Below, in pieces: positions 46,692-57,543 of a DNA stretch of 64,000 bases; positions within the stretch are counted from its first letter, which is position 1, and every line of letters starts with the position of its first letter. Origin of the DNA: Cladosporium halotolerans. Taxonomy: Eukaryota. The notes under the pieces are model-generated. The model did not search any database. It was not told where the DNA came from and was given only the letters and a program-made list of their open reading frames with translations. The stretch spans positions 248,001-312,000 of the forward strand of contig NW_027191468.1 of assembly GCF_011745625.1 (NCBI RefSeq). Reading direction: 5' to 3'. Made by a program: the position numbers and the translations under genes.

Positions 46692-47586
46692 ATGGCACAC
46701 GACTACCCCGAGGTGGAAGGTGGCGGATCTCTGATCTTGGCCTGGCAGGTCAGGAACAAGAAAGTCCTTGTCATCGGCGGCGGCGAGGTAGGTTCTATGC
46801 CATGTCAAAGACACTTCACTTTGTGCCTCCAGAAAGACGTTGACATTGACCTTCAAGGTGCTTAGGTAGCAGCAGGCCGCATCCTTAACCTCCTCAATGC
46901 CGATGCGAAAGTCACCCTGATCAGTCCTCGCGATGGACTCAACGACGAAGTCGCATACCGAGTGGAACAAAAGCAAGTCGAGTACATGGACAAAAAGTTT
47001 GAGCCGACAGATCTTGATGACCCGGCAATTACAATGGTCCTGACGGCTATCGACGATCCCGAGGCTTCAACCACCATTTGGAAGCTGTGCAAAGAGAAGC
47101 GCATCGCTGCAAACATTGCGGACGTGCCGCCAGAGTGCGACTTCTACTTTGGAAGTGTTTACAGGGATGGACCATTGCAGATTATGGTGAGCACGAATGG
47201 AAATGGGCCGAAGATGGCCAACATTGTGCGACGAAGGATAGAGAGCACACTGCCGCCCACAATGGGCGATGCGATTAAGAAAGTTGGTGCACTCAGGAAG
47301 AGATTGCGGCAAGTCGCGCCTGGCAACGAAGAAGGGCCGAAGAGAATGAAGTGGTATGTGTTTTTGTAACGGCAGAGTCGCGGTATGTCTAACGTATTAC
47401 AGGATGTCGAAGGTGTGTGTTCAATGGAGTCTAGAAGATCTGTGCGAGATGCAACCAGAAGACATGGATACTCTGCTAGAGTCATACGAGCCAGACGAGG
47501 TTCCCACATTCACCAAGGTACGGTCAGGGAAGGACGATTGGGAGTGGCAATTTGATGGCTCTTTTGGTTGGGCTTGCGTTGTATGA
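46692..47586 (+). CDS. MET8: Siroheme biosynthesis precorrin-2 dehydrogenase/ferrochelatase Met8; exons 46692-46787, 46866-47353, 47403-47586
   Basis: GGSLILAWQVRNKKVLVIGGGEVAAGR, ANIADVPPECDFYFGS, LQIMVSTNGNGP and RMKWMSKVC. Two in-phase introns. Confidence 0.93.
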
Positions 47587-48231
47587 TAAGGTACTGCCCC
47601 TGGGGCGTTAGACATCATCGGAGCCATACACACACTTCTTACGTACGGCGGCCAATATCTTCCGCTGTCTTTTGCACCTCAAAAAGTCAGAAAGACGCAG
47701 TATGGAATCTTAACACAGTGGCCCAGATTGTGCTCTCGTTGAAATCAATGACAACGCACAGCAAGCTCTGAACAGTGGCTGGACCAACAGCATCACACCA
47801 GCCCAGGAAGGATTTTCCCATCAAAGGTACTGTGATGGCTTTGCGCCTTCACAATCCCTTGAGCGAAGACCTTACAAGAGTACATATCAAAGCATCTTGA
47901 TGTCGGAGAACGGTCCAGAAAGAAAAACACGTCCAGGAGTAGCCTCCGCGTTTTGACAGCACTTCTCGTCTGATTGGCACAAGTGGCAACTGTAGGCGCC
48001 GCAACTGGAGTCTTCCAAAGCTTTCGGAGGCAAGCAATGATTTTTCGGGCACGTGATGATATTACACAATCCTTCGATGTGCATTGACGTCCAACTTATA
48101 TCTCACTTCACTTCGCACTGAACTTTTGAGCTGATTCATCTGTGCGAAACACATGATGAAGTGGGAGCCTTTCTAGCGGTCACACGGACGTCAGATACTA
48201 ACAAGAATCGAATAATCTGCATAATTATACT

Positions 48232-49794
48232 CTAATCTTCAACTACAGGCGCAAATTTGCTCATCTTCCGCAATCTCAACCCATACCTCATGAACAAGAA
48301 CGGCACCGGTAATGCAAGACAAGCTACACCACCAAGGATGCTCATCGCTGGACCAACGCCGAGAGTGTGGAACATAGGTCGTGCGGCCATTGGCAGGCCT
48401 GCCGCGAGAATAGAACGCAGAAAAGTGTTGGCGGACACTGCGCTCGCAGCGTACAGCCCGTAAGTGTCGACAAGGAAATTGAGGCATTGCTGGAAAATGA
48501 TGTTGAAGCCAGCTCCAATAAAAGCGGTAGCCACCACGGGAGCCGGCCAAGGAATGCTAGGAGCAGCCGTCCAACCGAACCAGAAGAGACCGATCGCAAA
48601 AAGGAACCCGCCGACGACCATTGGCGCTAGTCGGCCTTCCGGTACTGCCCTGCCCTTGTTGAGGTCGACGATGCGGGCATAGCGGGGCTGAAAACCAAGA
48701 TTCACGCCGAGCGCAGCTAGAACGCCCACAAACAAGCCCAGGAATGGCAGTGTCGAAACAACCAGAGGCCATTCCCGGTCTTCAGAGAACACAATCGGAA
48801 ATACTTGAAGCGACAGATAGAGCAAACCATACACAAATGAAGCATAGAATGCTATGCAGGTGACCATGGGCTCAGTCGTCAACATCAACAGTGGTCGGCT
48901 CAAGTGCTTCGTGACGATGCTGTTGAAATCGAGCTTGTTCTCCTCGTGGGGATGCCAGTAGCGCGTGTCTCCGGTTGACTTTCGAAGGCGCTGTGCCTTC
49001 CGTTTGAGAAGCACAGGGGCATACAGTTCTGGCATGCAGAACAAGGCCAAGGTGGTGACAGCGGAGACCCATATGGCGCTGATGTATTCGACCCATCTCC
49101 AGCTTAATGCAGGATTCGTAACAATGCCAGCGCCAATGACCGGTGAAAGGGTGGGACCACCAACGACCGCAACCGCATAGAGAGACATTGCTATGCCTCT
49201 AGCTTTAGGTGCATACAGATCTCCAAGAGCCGCGGAGACGTTGCTCACCGGCGCACTTCCAAAGCAGCCGCCGAAGAAGCGAGTGATGAACATGGCAGCA
49301 GGTGTTTGGCTTGTTGCTGTGCCGATGCTGAACAGCGCGAGGACATACATTGCGGGCAATATGCTCCATTTACGGCCAAAAAGTTCACTAACCGGGGCCC
49401 AGAGTAGTGGTCCCACTGCGAATCCAATAATGAAGAGCGATACGTTCAGAACAGTGACCTCCTGGCTGATGTTGAACCTGGCAGATATTCTGTCGCTGGC
49501 CGAAGAGATAATGGCCGATGCAGCGGACGCGGCGAGAGCGAGCATGCCTAGCTGAAAGGTGATCCAATTCTTGTACCAGAAAGGAAAGTTTTTCGGATTC
49601 GATGGGTCGTCCTTTTCCCAGTCAACTATATGCTCCTCGCTTCGTTTCGTTTCATGATCGAGCGATGCTCCTGTTGCTTGGGTTGCACTCTGATCCGCTG
49701 GAAACTGCTGGCTTGTGCCTGGTGGCGTGTCATTTTGATCTTCGGCGTTCTTTTCAGCATCTATGTCTTCAAGTGAGGACGGATTTGAAACCAT
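48232..49794 (-). CDS. MFS transporter, DHA1 (drug:H+ antiporter) family, intronless
   Basis: VDWEKDDPSNPKNF, GPLLWAPVSELFGRK, WRWVEY, PELYAPVLL, PEGRL, YAASAVSANTFLRS and about 12 hydrophobic segments. Confidence 0.92.
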   Translation of the reverse strand: MVSNPSSLEDIDAEKNAEDQNDTPPGTSQQFPADQSATQATGASLDHETKRSEEHIVDWEKDDPSNPKNFPFWYKNWITFQLGMLALAASAASAIISSASDRISARFNISQEVTVLNVSLFIIGFAVGPLLWAPVSELFGRKWSILPAMYVLALFSIGTATSQTPAAMFITRFFGGCFGSAPVSNVSAALGDLYAPKARGIAMSLYAVAVVGGPTLSPVIGAGIVTNPALSWRWVEYISAIWVSAVTTLALFCMPELYAPVLLKRKAQRLRKSTGDTRYWHPHEENKLDFNSIVTKHLSRPLLMLTTEPMVTCIAFYASFVYGLLYLSLQVFPIVFSEDREWPLVVSTLPFLGLFVGVLAALGVNLGFQPRYARIVDLNKGRAVPEGRLAPMVVGGFLFAIGLFWFGWTAAPSIPWPAPVVATAFIGAGFNIIFQQCLNFLVDTYGLYAASAVSANTFLRSILAAGLPMAARPMFHTLGVGPAMSILGGVACLALPVPFLFMRYGLRLRKMSKFAPVVED

Positions 49795-50682
49795 ATTTAT
49801 ACAAAGTAAAAGTAATGATACTGCTGCGTTGAGAATAAAAGGCCTGACATGTTCAGAAATGTGCTCACTATCTCATGTGGAAGAAATCTACTCCGGCGCG
49901 GTCTTGATTGGCGATCAGCGGCTAAAACGGCACCTACTTCGACTAACAACAGACCTGGCGGCGGATTCGCCATCTCGGCAGCATTCTGCCGATCGCGTCA
50001 GTCAAACTTCAGTCCTTGAGCTTCGAGCGGTCCTTCTTCCGAATTGCCCTGAAGGCGTCAGAACCCGTCATGACTGCCGTTGAGCCCGATAGCGGGCCCA
50101 TCCGACAACGGCTTCTAACCGACACCGGTCTCGATTCGAGAAGAGGAAGTGAAGTGCCGAAATATGCCGGCTTCCCAGACGCCTCCCCGCGATCAGGCAC
50201 CCCTGCATGCCTGTCGCGCGAAGTCGCGTCGACGCGTCGCGGCTCCTAAAAGACGGTGATGTCTGGTACATGTAGACAAGCCCGCAAGCCTCGCGACGCC
50301 TTCAATGGCCATTTGACACCCATAGCGCCACATGATCTGGGCCTACTGCTGATCGACCGTTGCGGTGGCCCCATTTTTCCTCGTTCGAACCTGGGCGCCC
50401 ACAACGACAGAGACACGACGTCCATATTGTATCGTCATATCGATAGACATTTAGGGGCTTACACTGGCGCAGTCTAATCAGATCAAGTCCGCATGTGCCA
50501 GCATGATCAGTGAATCAGGGAACCAATCCATGCTCAGAAACGAGCCATCCCCTTCCGTGTTCTTTACTTGCCCCAGTGGACGAGAATAGCGCGAGCTCGT
50601 ACAACCAAAACGCTGAATATTTTTCATTACAGATAAACAGTATCTACCGCGATCTATCAATCCGCGCATTAGTAGCAGCCAA

Positions 50683-53001
50683 TCACCAGCTCCAAATCCC
50701 ATGCAAATACACCACGATGCCGCAACCTGCCACGATGCCCAGGCTTTTAACAAACTCGTCAAACGCAACTCTCGCCCTGTTTGACCCTCGCCGCTTTCTC
50801 TTCCACTTGGCTTGACTGTCCGTTTTGTCGTCATCGAAGTCGCCGATGTGGGACTCCTCGTCGTCGGAATCGTCCGACGCGTGGGGGTAGAGACTCCCTT
50901 TGTCAAACATAGGAACGTTCGGTAGGCCACCTGGCGGTAAGGGATAATTGTATCCAGGGGCTGGACTGACACTCCTCGTACGTGCGTTATACGATCGCTG
51001 GACGCCGAGGTTCTGGTTGTCAGTCATGGGCTTCAGGCCGGTGGAAGAGGCGCGCTGGCGGCCTTTGACCTCGCCTTTGTCCGGTGTTGAGTAACCATTA
51101 GCGCTACCATTGGGAGTGCCTTGGTTGCGGAAACGAGGAAGCGAGAGCTCAGAAAGAGTATCGGATTCCTCACCTGACTCGTACATGGCATCGCCACGGA
51201 GGGAGATCATTATAGCTCTTACAAGCAACACAATGACGGTGAAACCTGCGAGCTTGCCGTAATTGATTAAAATGCCGATTTGATCTGGCAGCAGGCACAA
51301 ATGGGTCTGTGCTGTAGCCGCAGATCCACCTATTGATCCTCCATTGGCATCGACAGGGTTCCAGAGACTGAGCAACTGAAACCCTGGCCTGCGGACGCCC
51401 ATAGCCCAGCTAAAGCTCTTGACGGTGGTCTCTGGAACGTTCGAGAGTTTGGGCGAGCGTTTCTCACCCATGCTGCCAACATTGTAGCGGTGCAACACGT
51501 CGCAGTAATCGTGATCATCGCCAGAGAAAATGTGAGCAATATCTCCGGCATTGCTTACTTTCTGGGCTACGGTGTTTGAAAGCCCACGTGTGAGCACATT
51601 TTGGTATTGGTACCCGCCGGATATGGAGATCGCACGTCCACGCTCGCGCAATGGGCCACAGTCTGTCCCAGGATCCCTGTACAATGGGACGTGACTCAAA
51701 AGCACGACGGGGAGCTTGAATCGACTCTTCTCCAACGACCGCTTGCTCATTGAGCTCTCCGTGTCCGTGACTTCTAAAGACGGTTTCCTGCCAAAGTCGT
51801 AGTTGCGATCGGGAAAGTAGTCCGCCATGGTATCGGCTACAGACTTCGCCGCAAAGTATTGTACGTCGTCGAGGAAATCCATGGCTGGTTTCCAAATGTG
51901 CTTGCGACTTTCGGCCAATTGCGGAGGGGTCTCACCGCTGATCTCAAATTGAGAATAAGCAGCAAGAGAGGGTGCATCGATGCTGACAATAGAGTGGTTG
52001 CCCAGCACATCTACGCGATTGCTCTCCCCAAAGTGCACATTGAAGCGATTGCGGACCGACAGCTGCACACCAGCACCAAAGCCAACGTCGTGATTTCCTG
52101 GTAAGGACGTGAGTAGACGTCTGGCTTTGCCTCCAATGACGGCATGCTCTTCGCGAGTGACGTCCATGGCGCCATTCTCGACGTTGAGAGGGTGCGCATC
52201 TACGTCCCACGCGGGTATCGTCCTTCGCTGTGTATTCGGGTACAGCTGCTCCGGTGCGAAGAACATCCTCCCGAAGCGATCGTACTCCTTCATCCACTGT
52301 TTCATGCCCCAGCTCTTCCATCTTCCATTCTCACCTGCCACAAACTCTTTCGGGTCAACCTCGCGCGCTTGGATGCTCCGACGCGCTATGTGAGCAGTTT
52401 CCTGTGTCTGCCCAATCGCATCATCCAATGCCACGCTTCTCTTCTGCTGCCCTTGTTCCGCACCCGCGTTCGTGTTTCCTCCGTCTTCTGATTGCTTCTG
52501 GGATTCTGCAGCTTGTTGCTTTTCTTTTTCATTTTTCGCCTTTATTCTTTCCAGCTTCCTCCTCTGACTAGGCGATAACGCCCGCGGCGTGTGAGTCGTC
52601 CACTCTCTACCGCCATCGAACAGATCTCCAAGGAAAACAAGCGAATCCGGGTCCAGCTTTTCATTGATTAATTGGTAATTCCTCCTCATGTACCGATCGG
52701 TATACCGCTCCGTGAGACTTGAAAGAGGCCACGGTCGTCCAGGGTATGTGTGAGGGTCCACGATCTGCGGGTCGGCGATGAAGACCAGTCGGTGTGGAGT
52801 GGCATCTGCGGGCCAGTCTTCCCACGAAGACCATGCGCATGCGTCGATGTGCTCTTTGAATGTGCGTCGCTCTCCTTTTCGTATGGCGTATATCCAGGCG
52901 AAGACGAGAAGGGGTATGGCGAGAAGGGAAAAGTAACGGAGAAGGGAAGACCGTCGGGTCAGACTGCGGAGTAGGCGTGCCGCGACATGGTGCGGATGCA
53001 T
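50683..53001 (-). CDS. CDC1: Cdc1/Ted1-like Mn-dependent metallophosphoesterase (GPI remodelling), membrane anchored
   Basis: IADPQIVDPHTYPGRP, FLGDLFDGGR, LPGNHDVG, LLSHVPLYR, GYQYQN, IFSGDDHDYC, TVKSFSWAMG and CLLPDQ, plus N- and C-terminal TM segments. Confidence 0.88.
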   Translation of the reverse strand: MHPHHVAARLLRSLTRRSSLLRYFSLLAIPLLVFAWIYAIRKGERRTFKEHIDACAWSSWEDWPADATPHRLVFIADPQIVDPHTYPGRPWPLSSLTERYTDRYMRRNYQLINEKLDPDSLVFLGDLFDGGREWTTHTPRALSPSQRRKLERIKAKNEKEKQQAAESQKQSEDGGNTNAGAEQGQQKRSVALDDAIGQTQETAHIARRSIQAREVDPKEFVAGENGRWKSWGMKQWMKEYDRFGRMFFAPEQLYPNTQRRTIPAWDVDAHPLNVENGAMDVTREEHAVIGGKARRLLTSLPGNHDVGFGAGVQLSVRNRFNVHFGESNRVDVLGNHSIVSIDAPSLAAYSQFEISGETPPQLAESRKHIWKPAMDFLDDVQYFAAKSVADTMADYFPDRNYDFGRKPSLEVTDTESSMSKRSLEKSRFKLPVVLLSHVPLYRDPGTDCGPLRERGRAISISGGYQYQNVLTRGLSNTVAQKVSNAGDIAHIFSGDDHDYCDVLHRYNVGSMGEKRSPKLSNVPETTVKSFSWAMGVRRPGFQLLSLWNPVDANGGSIGGSAATAQTHLCLLPDQIGILINYGKLAGFTVIVLLVRAIMISLRGDAMYESGEESDTLSELSLPRFRNQGTPNGSANGYSTPDKGEVKGRQRASSTGLKPMTDNQNLGVQRSYNARTRSVSPAPGYNYPLPPGGLPNVPMFDKGSLYPHASDDSDDEESHIGDFDDDKTDSQAKWKRKRRGSNRARVAFDEFVKSLGIVAGCGIVVYLHGIWSW

Positions 53002-53523
53002 TACGGGAAGCGAAGAGAATGATGCCGTGAAGCCGTACCGCGCATTATCGCGTCAGGTGTATCCTGCTCCTGGTGCACAGTAAAGGTGGTACGAGCGATT
53101 ATGGACTACCAAGAGCAACACGCGGACTAGGAGATGCAGGGTCATTGGCGTGGGGCCGGATCTGGGGAAGCAGCCGCGGCTGGGAGGTGCCGTTGTTGTT
53201 TGACGCTGGCCGATCCTGCTTGGCTTTTTCTATTGCGGTAACTTGCCTTGCTCTAAAAATATTAAATGTGCTGAATTGTTGGTACGATGGACACATCGCA
53301 CGAATTTGGCATTTTCAACAATGTCTCGTGAAACAGTCAACATGTTGGAGTCCCTCTCCTTCTCCATGAAGCATTGCTTTCTAACTGCCGAGGACGGCTG
53401 ACAAACGTCATTGGTAACAGAATATGATTAATGACTTGTGCTGCGTGATAACTGACTTGACTGCATTCACTTGACATACTTTTTCTATCTAATCAACAAT
53501 CTGCAACTCGATTTCCAATCATC

Positions 53524-54453
53524 ATGCTGGTTATCGAAGGTGCCTCCGGCAAGCTAGGCTTCGCCACTCTCACAGCTCTTCTAGAGCACAATCTCCTTCC
53601 ACCTTCTGAAATCACAGTAACATCGTCGTCAGACTCAGGCGCCGCAAAGCTCCAGCCAGCCATCTCGAAGGGAGTCAAACTCGTTTCAGCCAACTGGGAA
53701 GATCCCTCGTCCTGGGAAACCGCTTTCAAGGGTTCCGACAAGCTGTTCCTTATCTCGTCTGCTCGCATCGACAAGGACTTTGGCGACGCTCCACCCGGTC
53801 AAGGGAGAGAAGCAGACCACTTTGTTGCTTTGGAGGCTGCGAAGAAGGTCGGGATCCAGCATGTCTACTACACCAGTCTGGCTTTTGCGAATCCGAGCAA
53901 AAGCCGGGTTATGAAGGCGCACGAGCGGACGGAGGAGTACTTGCAGAAGGAATGGCCTGGCAAATTCACAATCATTCGGGAGGGACTCTACAATGAGAGC
54001 TGGCCACTATACTTCGGGCACTACGACGTGCCCAATGATCCCAGAGACGAGATCATTACTGGGGGCGATAGTCCGATCAGCTGGACAAGCATCCCCGATC
54101 TCGGCCTGGCCAACGCCCTAATCTTGTCCGCACCTGCTAAGGACTGGGCGGACAAGACTTTCTATCTCAGTCAGCGGAAAGCACACACCCTGGATGAGGT
54201 TGCCGCCATGGTTTCCCAGGCGAAAGGAAGGGAGGTGAAGTTCAAGGTCGTCCCTAGAGAGGAGCATGAGGAGTTTTATGTGCAAGAAAAGGGAATGCCG
54301 GCACCGATGATCACATGGTGGAGCAAGTCTTACGATGCACTCAACGACGTCGAATGCAAGATTGACGACCCTACTTTCGAGCATCTTCTTGCGAGCAAAA
54401 ATGTCAAGCCCAAGCCCATGGAGGAGACCGTGGCCGAGATGTTGAAGGCTTAG
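53524..54453 (+). CDS. NmrA-like / atypical SDR NAD(P)-binding oxidoreductase
   Basis: GASGKLG Rossmann motif, HVYYTSLAF, HERTEEYL and IIREGLYNESWPLY. Confidence 0.85.
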   Translation: MLVIEGASGKLGFATLTALLEHNLLPPSEITVTSSSDSGAAKLQPAISKGVKLVSANWEDPSSWETAFKGSDKLFLISSARIDKDFGDAPPGQGREADHFVALEAAKKVGIQHVYYTSLAFANPSKSRVMKAHERTEEYLQKEWPGKFTIIREGLYNESWPLYFGHYDVPNDPRDEIITGGDSPISWTSIPDLGLANALILSAPAKDWADKTFYLSQRKAHTLDEVAAMVSQAKGREVKFKVVPREEHEEFYVQEKGMPAPMITWWSKSYDALNDVECKIDDPTFEHLLASKNVKPKPMEETVAEMLKA

Positions 54454-54544
54454 ATGCATCAGGAGAATGAAAAAAAATGATCTCGTAGTGAAAATTCATT
54501 CCTCATATACACACTACTGTCCCGTTTACTGTACGAGCCTGTGA

Positions 54545-55375
54545 TCAAGACACCCATTTCAGGCCCAGCTTGTGCATCTCAACCGCCAACTGGAACAGGT
54601 AGTCCAGACTCTCTGCCTGCGTCTTCGCCTGTGTGACATTCTTTCCCCAAACGTAGACACCGTGCCTCTTGACCAACACCGCGCAAGTTTCCGGCCACTT
54701 CACAATCGCCTCTTCCAGGCTCTCCCTCAAATCCTCCTCGTGCGCGGTATTCTCGATGATGGGGATCTGCATTGTGTCGAAGTAGCCCAGGTTACCTAGC
54801 TTGCGGCCGCCCTCTGCGACTTCCATGCTACCCGCACCGCCGCGCGAGATGCCCTTGATCTGCTCGATCTTGTTCATGGCGAAGACGCCCGGATCCGGGC
54901 CCTGCTGGCCGGTTTCGCACAGCAGGGTGACAAGCACCGCCCACTGCGAGTGCGTGTGGATGCAGGCGCGCGCGTCGCGCTGAGTGAAAGCGGCGAGGAA
55001 GAGGGGAGTGCATGCAGAGGGTTTGAGAGCCTACCTTGCGCCGTCAGCCGACGGTGTCTTTTTCTCTACTATGACTGTTGCAGATGCGACTGCTTCTTCA
55101 GGTGCGCTGTGTCAACCTACCAGCGGCCGGCGGATATATTCCTTACTCGCCCAATCCATGACGAAGATGTTCTCCGGCTGCATCAACTCTTTTTCAACGC
55201 CCGAGGGCGCCAGGAAGACGTGATCCTCATGCCTGATCGAGATGCCGCCGCCAGTACCCGTCACCCAGCCAAAGGTATAGAATTGGCGGCAGAGAGAGCA
55301 TATCAGGTTTGCCGGGTGCTTGGGGTCTTCCGACTTGATCAGCGCTTCTGCGCTAGCATTTTGAGTGTCTGCCAT
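54545..55375 (-). CDS. MDE1: Methylthioribulose-1-phosphate dehydratase (methionine salvage); exons 55375-55121, 55030-54545
   Basis: [63 protein letters not shown] and [13 protein letters not shown]. Confidence 0.95.
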
Positions 55376-55857
55376 GGTGTTTTGGTGTCTTGGGGGGAAG
55401 GGGATGAAGTTGAAACAATCATCGTTGAATGTTTGCGACCAAAGTTTGAGCGAATGCTTGCCCCGCACCAAGCTTTGGTGATTGCGCAACCCCTCCTCCA
55501 GCACTAGAAAAATCCTTCAATAGTATCGACCTGATCTTGAATGAGATGCCTAGATCGAGAAAGTGACGACTGACGAATTGTGGTAGAAGCCTGAGTTTTG
55601 TCATGGTCTGCGTCATATCCTGAGGTTTACAAATGCTGGAGAAGGCGGTTCAATTTCAAAACCAACGTTGAATGATACAGCAAGAGCGGCCATGATATCT
55701 CGGGTCATTAATTTCGTCTTTGTATATAGCTATGGTCGCTGCAACCTCTGTCCAGCATGTCGTTGTTTCGAATCATCATCCAAACGCCTGTCGCTATGCA
55801 TGCAGTAGTGTTATGATGAGCATGTGTCTGCTGTTTCAACTGATTTCAGGAGACAGC

Positions 55858-57250
55858 TCACGAAAAGCTGACGTTGTATCTGAAGGAGATCGGGTATGCT
55901 GGATCAGATACCGCGAGCTGCTCCCCGTTGCTCAACAAGTCCTTCATCTTGCGTTTCAGATTAGGTCGGGTCTGTTCCTCTAGACTGGGAGGATACGGGA
56001 AGTAGAGTGACTTCCCCTCTGTCTTCAGTGTGGGTTTCTTAAGCTGAGACTCGGGGCGGGCGGCGAAGCTCTCGATCAGCTCCTCCAGCGTTTGTTCGGG
56101 ATCAACTGTCAAATCCTTGGGCAGATTGCCACAGACAGGGCAGTCGTCTTTCTTTTGGTGCTCGAAGGTGAAAGTATAAACGCCGGCATCACCTGTATAC
56201 TGCATGTAGTTGTTGGTTCCAGGCATTCCGAGCGAGGGCGCCGAAGAGCTTATCAGCTTGAAGGCTTCGTTGCAGCAGCTTGCGGCGATGATAGCATTCG
56301 TAGAGGCGATTGCGGGGATGATGTTCTTGACCACGCCTTGTGTCATGCTGTACGTAACACCCTGAATTCCAAACTCTTCCGCGCGGCTCAAAGCCTTCTG
56401 ATAGAGCCACGTAATGTGCTCCGGTTCATCTGTATCTAGCTGAATATCCTTCCGCTCCTCTTCCCACTTGATGATATGTGCCCACTCAATGCAATGCTGT
56501 GGTTGACGAGGAATTGTGGCAAGTGTGCAAAGGGGGACGGCGGCTCTGGGAGCATGCATATCGAGTTGGCACTCGATACAAGAGGTCATGGTAGGAAGGA
56601 TGACTCGAGACTGTCCCTTGAAGCCCTCGGTACCGCCGTCAATCAGTGGCTTGAGTGAATCTGGGTCCTCATCATCAACCATGTCAATCAAGGTCGCGTT
56701 GATCCAGCGACGAGCTTCGATACTATCCAGTCCACAGATTACCAAGTTGAATTGTTTGTAGTACGCCTCATCCTGCGACATGATCAGTACCCTAAGTTGG
56801 CGGATCGATCATTGAACGCTTTTGTCCCCTTACTTTGTCCTGGATCTTGCCAACAAACGGTGTAATGTTACATCCTGGGACTCTTTTCATGACAAACTCG
56901 GCTGCAACGCTCGCTTTGGGCTTTCCAACGTCTTTTGCGCGGAAAAGGAACTGGCGGTTGAGATTCGAAACGTCGATCGTGTCCATGTCGATAACGTGGA
57001 TGTTGCGAAAGCCGGAGAGTGCGAGGTTCTTCAAGATCTCACAACCGAGACCACCAGCGCCAATGACAAGTATCTGCGCACTTTCACTAATGCTCTTCAC
57101 TGGGATCTCTCCCGGAACGAACATCTCGGGGTCGGAGTATGCGCCAGGTCGTGAGAGGAAGCTGTCCAGGTATGCCCATTTGGCTCTGCTGAAGTCGCTT
57201 TCGCCGTTCATTGAAGGCCGCACGGCTTCCGGTTGCATCGTAGCTGCCAT
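55858..57250 (-). CDS. UBA3: NEDD8-activating enzyme E1 catalytic subunit Uba3; exons 57250-56834, 56772-55858
   Basis: GAGGLGCEILKNLALSGF, DMDTIDVSNLNRQFLFR, GLDSIEARRWIN, catalytic PLCTLATIPRQPQHCIEWA and VVKNIIPAIASTNA. Start ATG could be 57250 or 57238. Confidence 0.95.
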
Positions 57251-57391
57251 GACGGGTTCGCAATCGTTGTTTTTGTCTGTGGACTGGGTTCCAAGGATTA
57301 GCGAAAGGAGCAAACGCGCTTCGAGCTCCGAATGAAGCTCCATTCCGCAGGGTGACGCGCTGCTTTCGGTGACGTCTGGCGGGGTTCGTGG

Positions 57392-57409
57392 ACCCTAACC
57401 CTAACCCTA
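57392..57409. repeat. Telomere-type repeat (ACCCTA)3 in the UBA3/TEL2 divergent promoter
   Basis: ACCCTAACCCTAACCCTA, i.e. TTAGGG-type repeats on the minus strand, between two ATGs 293 bp apart. Confidence 0.85.
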
Positions 57410-57543
57410 CGTGCATCAAGCATCTGCGAGCCTTACAATTCACCCAAGCATCAAGCCACCCACGGCCAGCGAGCCTCTAGCGGACAGGGATTCTTTCACA
57501 TCAACCGCCCGCTCGTTTCGAGTATGTTCGCTCGAACAATATC

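Noticed and set aside
50340..50402. GTTCGAACC B-box-like motif resembling a tRNA T arm
   Set aside because: The T stem is mismatched and I could not build a D arm, A box or acceptor stem.
918..53001. Apparent enrichment of secretory-pathway genes (calnexin, SEC62, EXO70, KRE6, PEP7, CDC1)
   Set aside because: A large functional class interspersed with unrelated genes; enrichment cannot be shown without genome-wide statistics.
46692..55375. Possible sulfur/methionine cluster (MET8, MFS, NmrA-like, MDE1)
   Set aside because: Interrupted by the unrelated CDC1-like gene, the pathway steps are distant and I saw no shared motif; likely chance.
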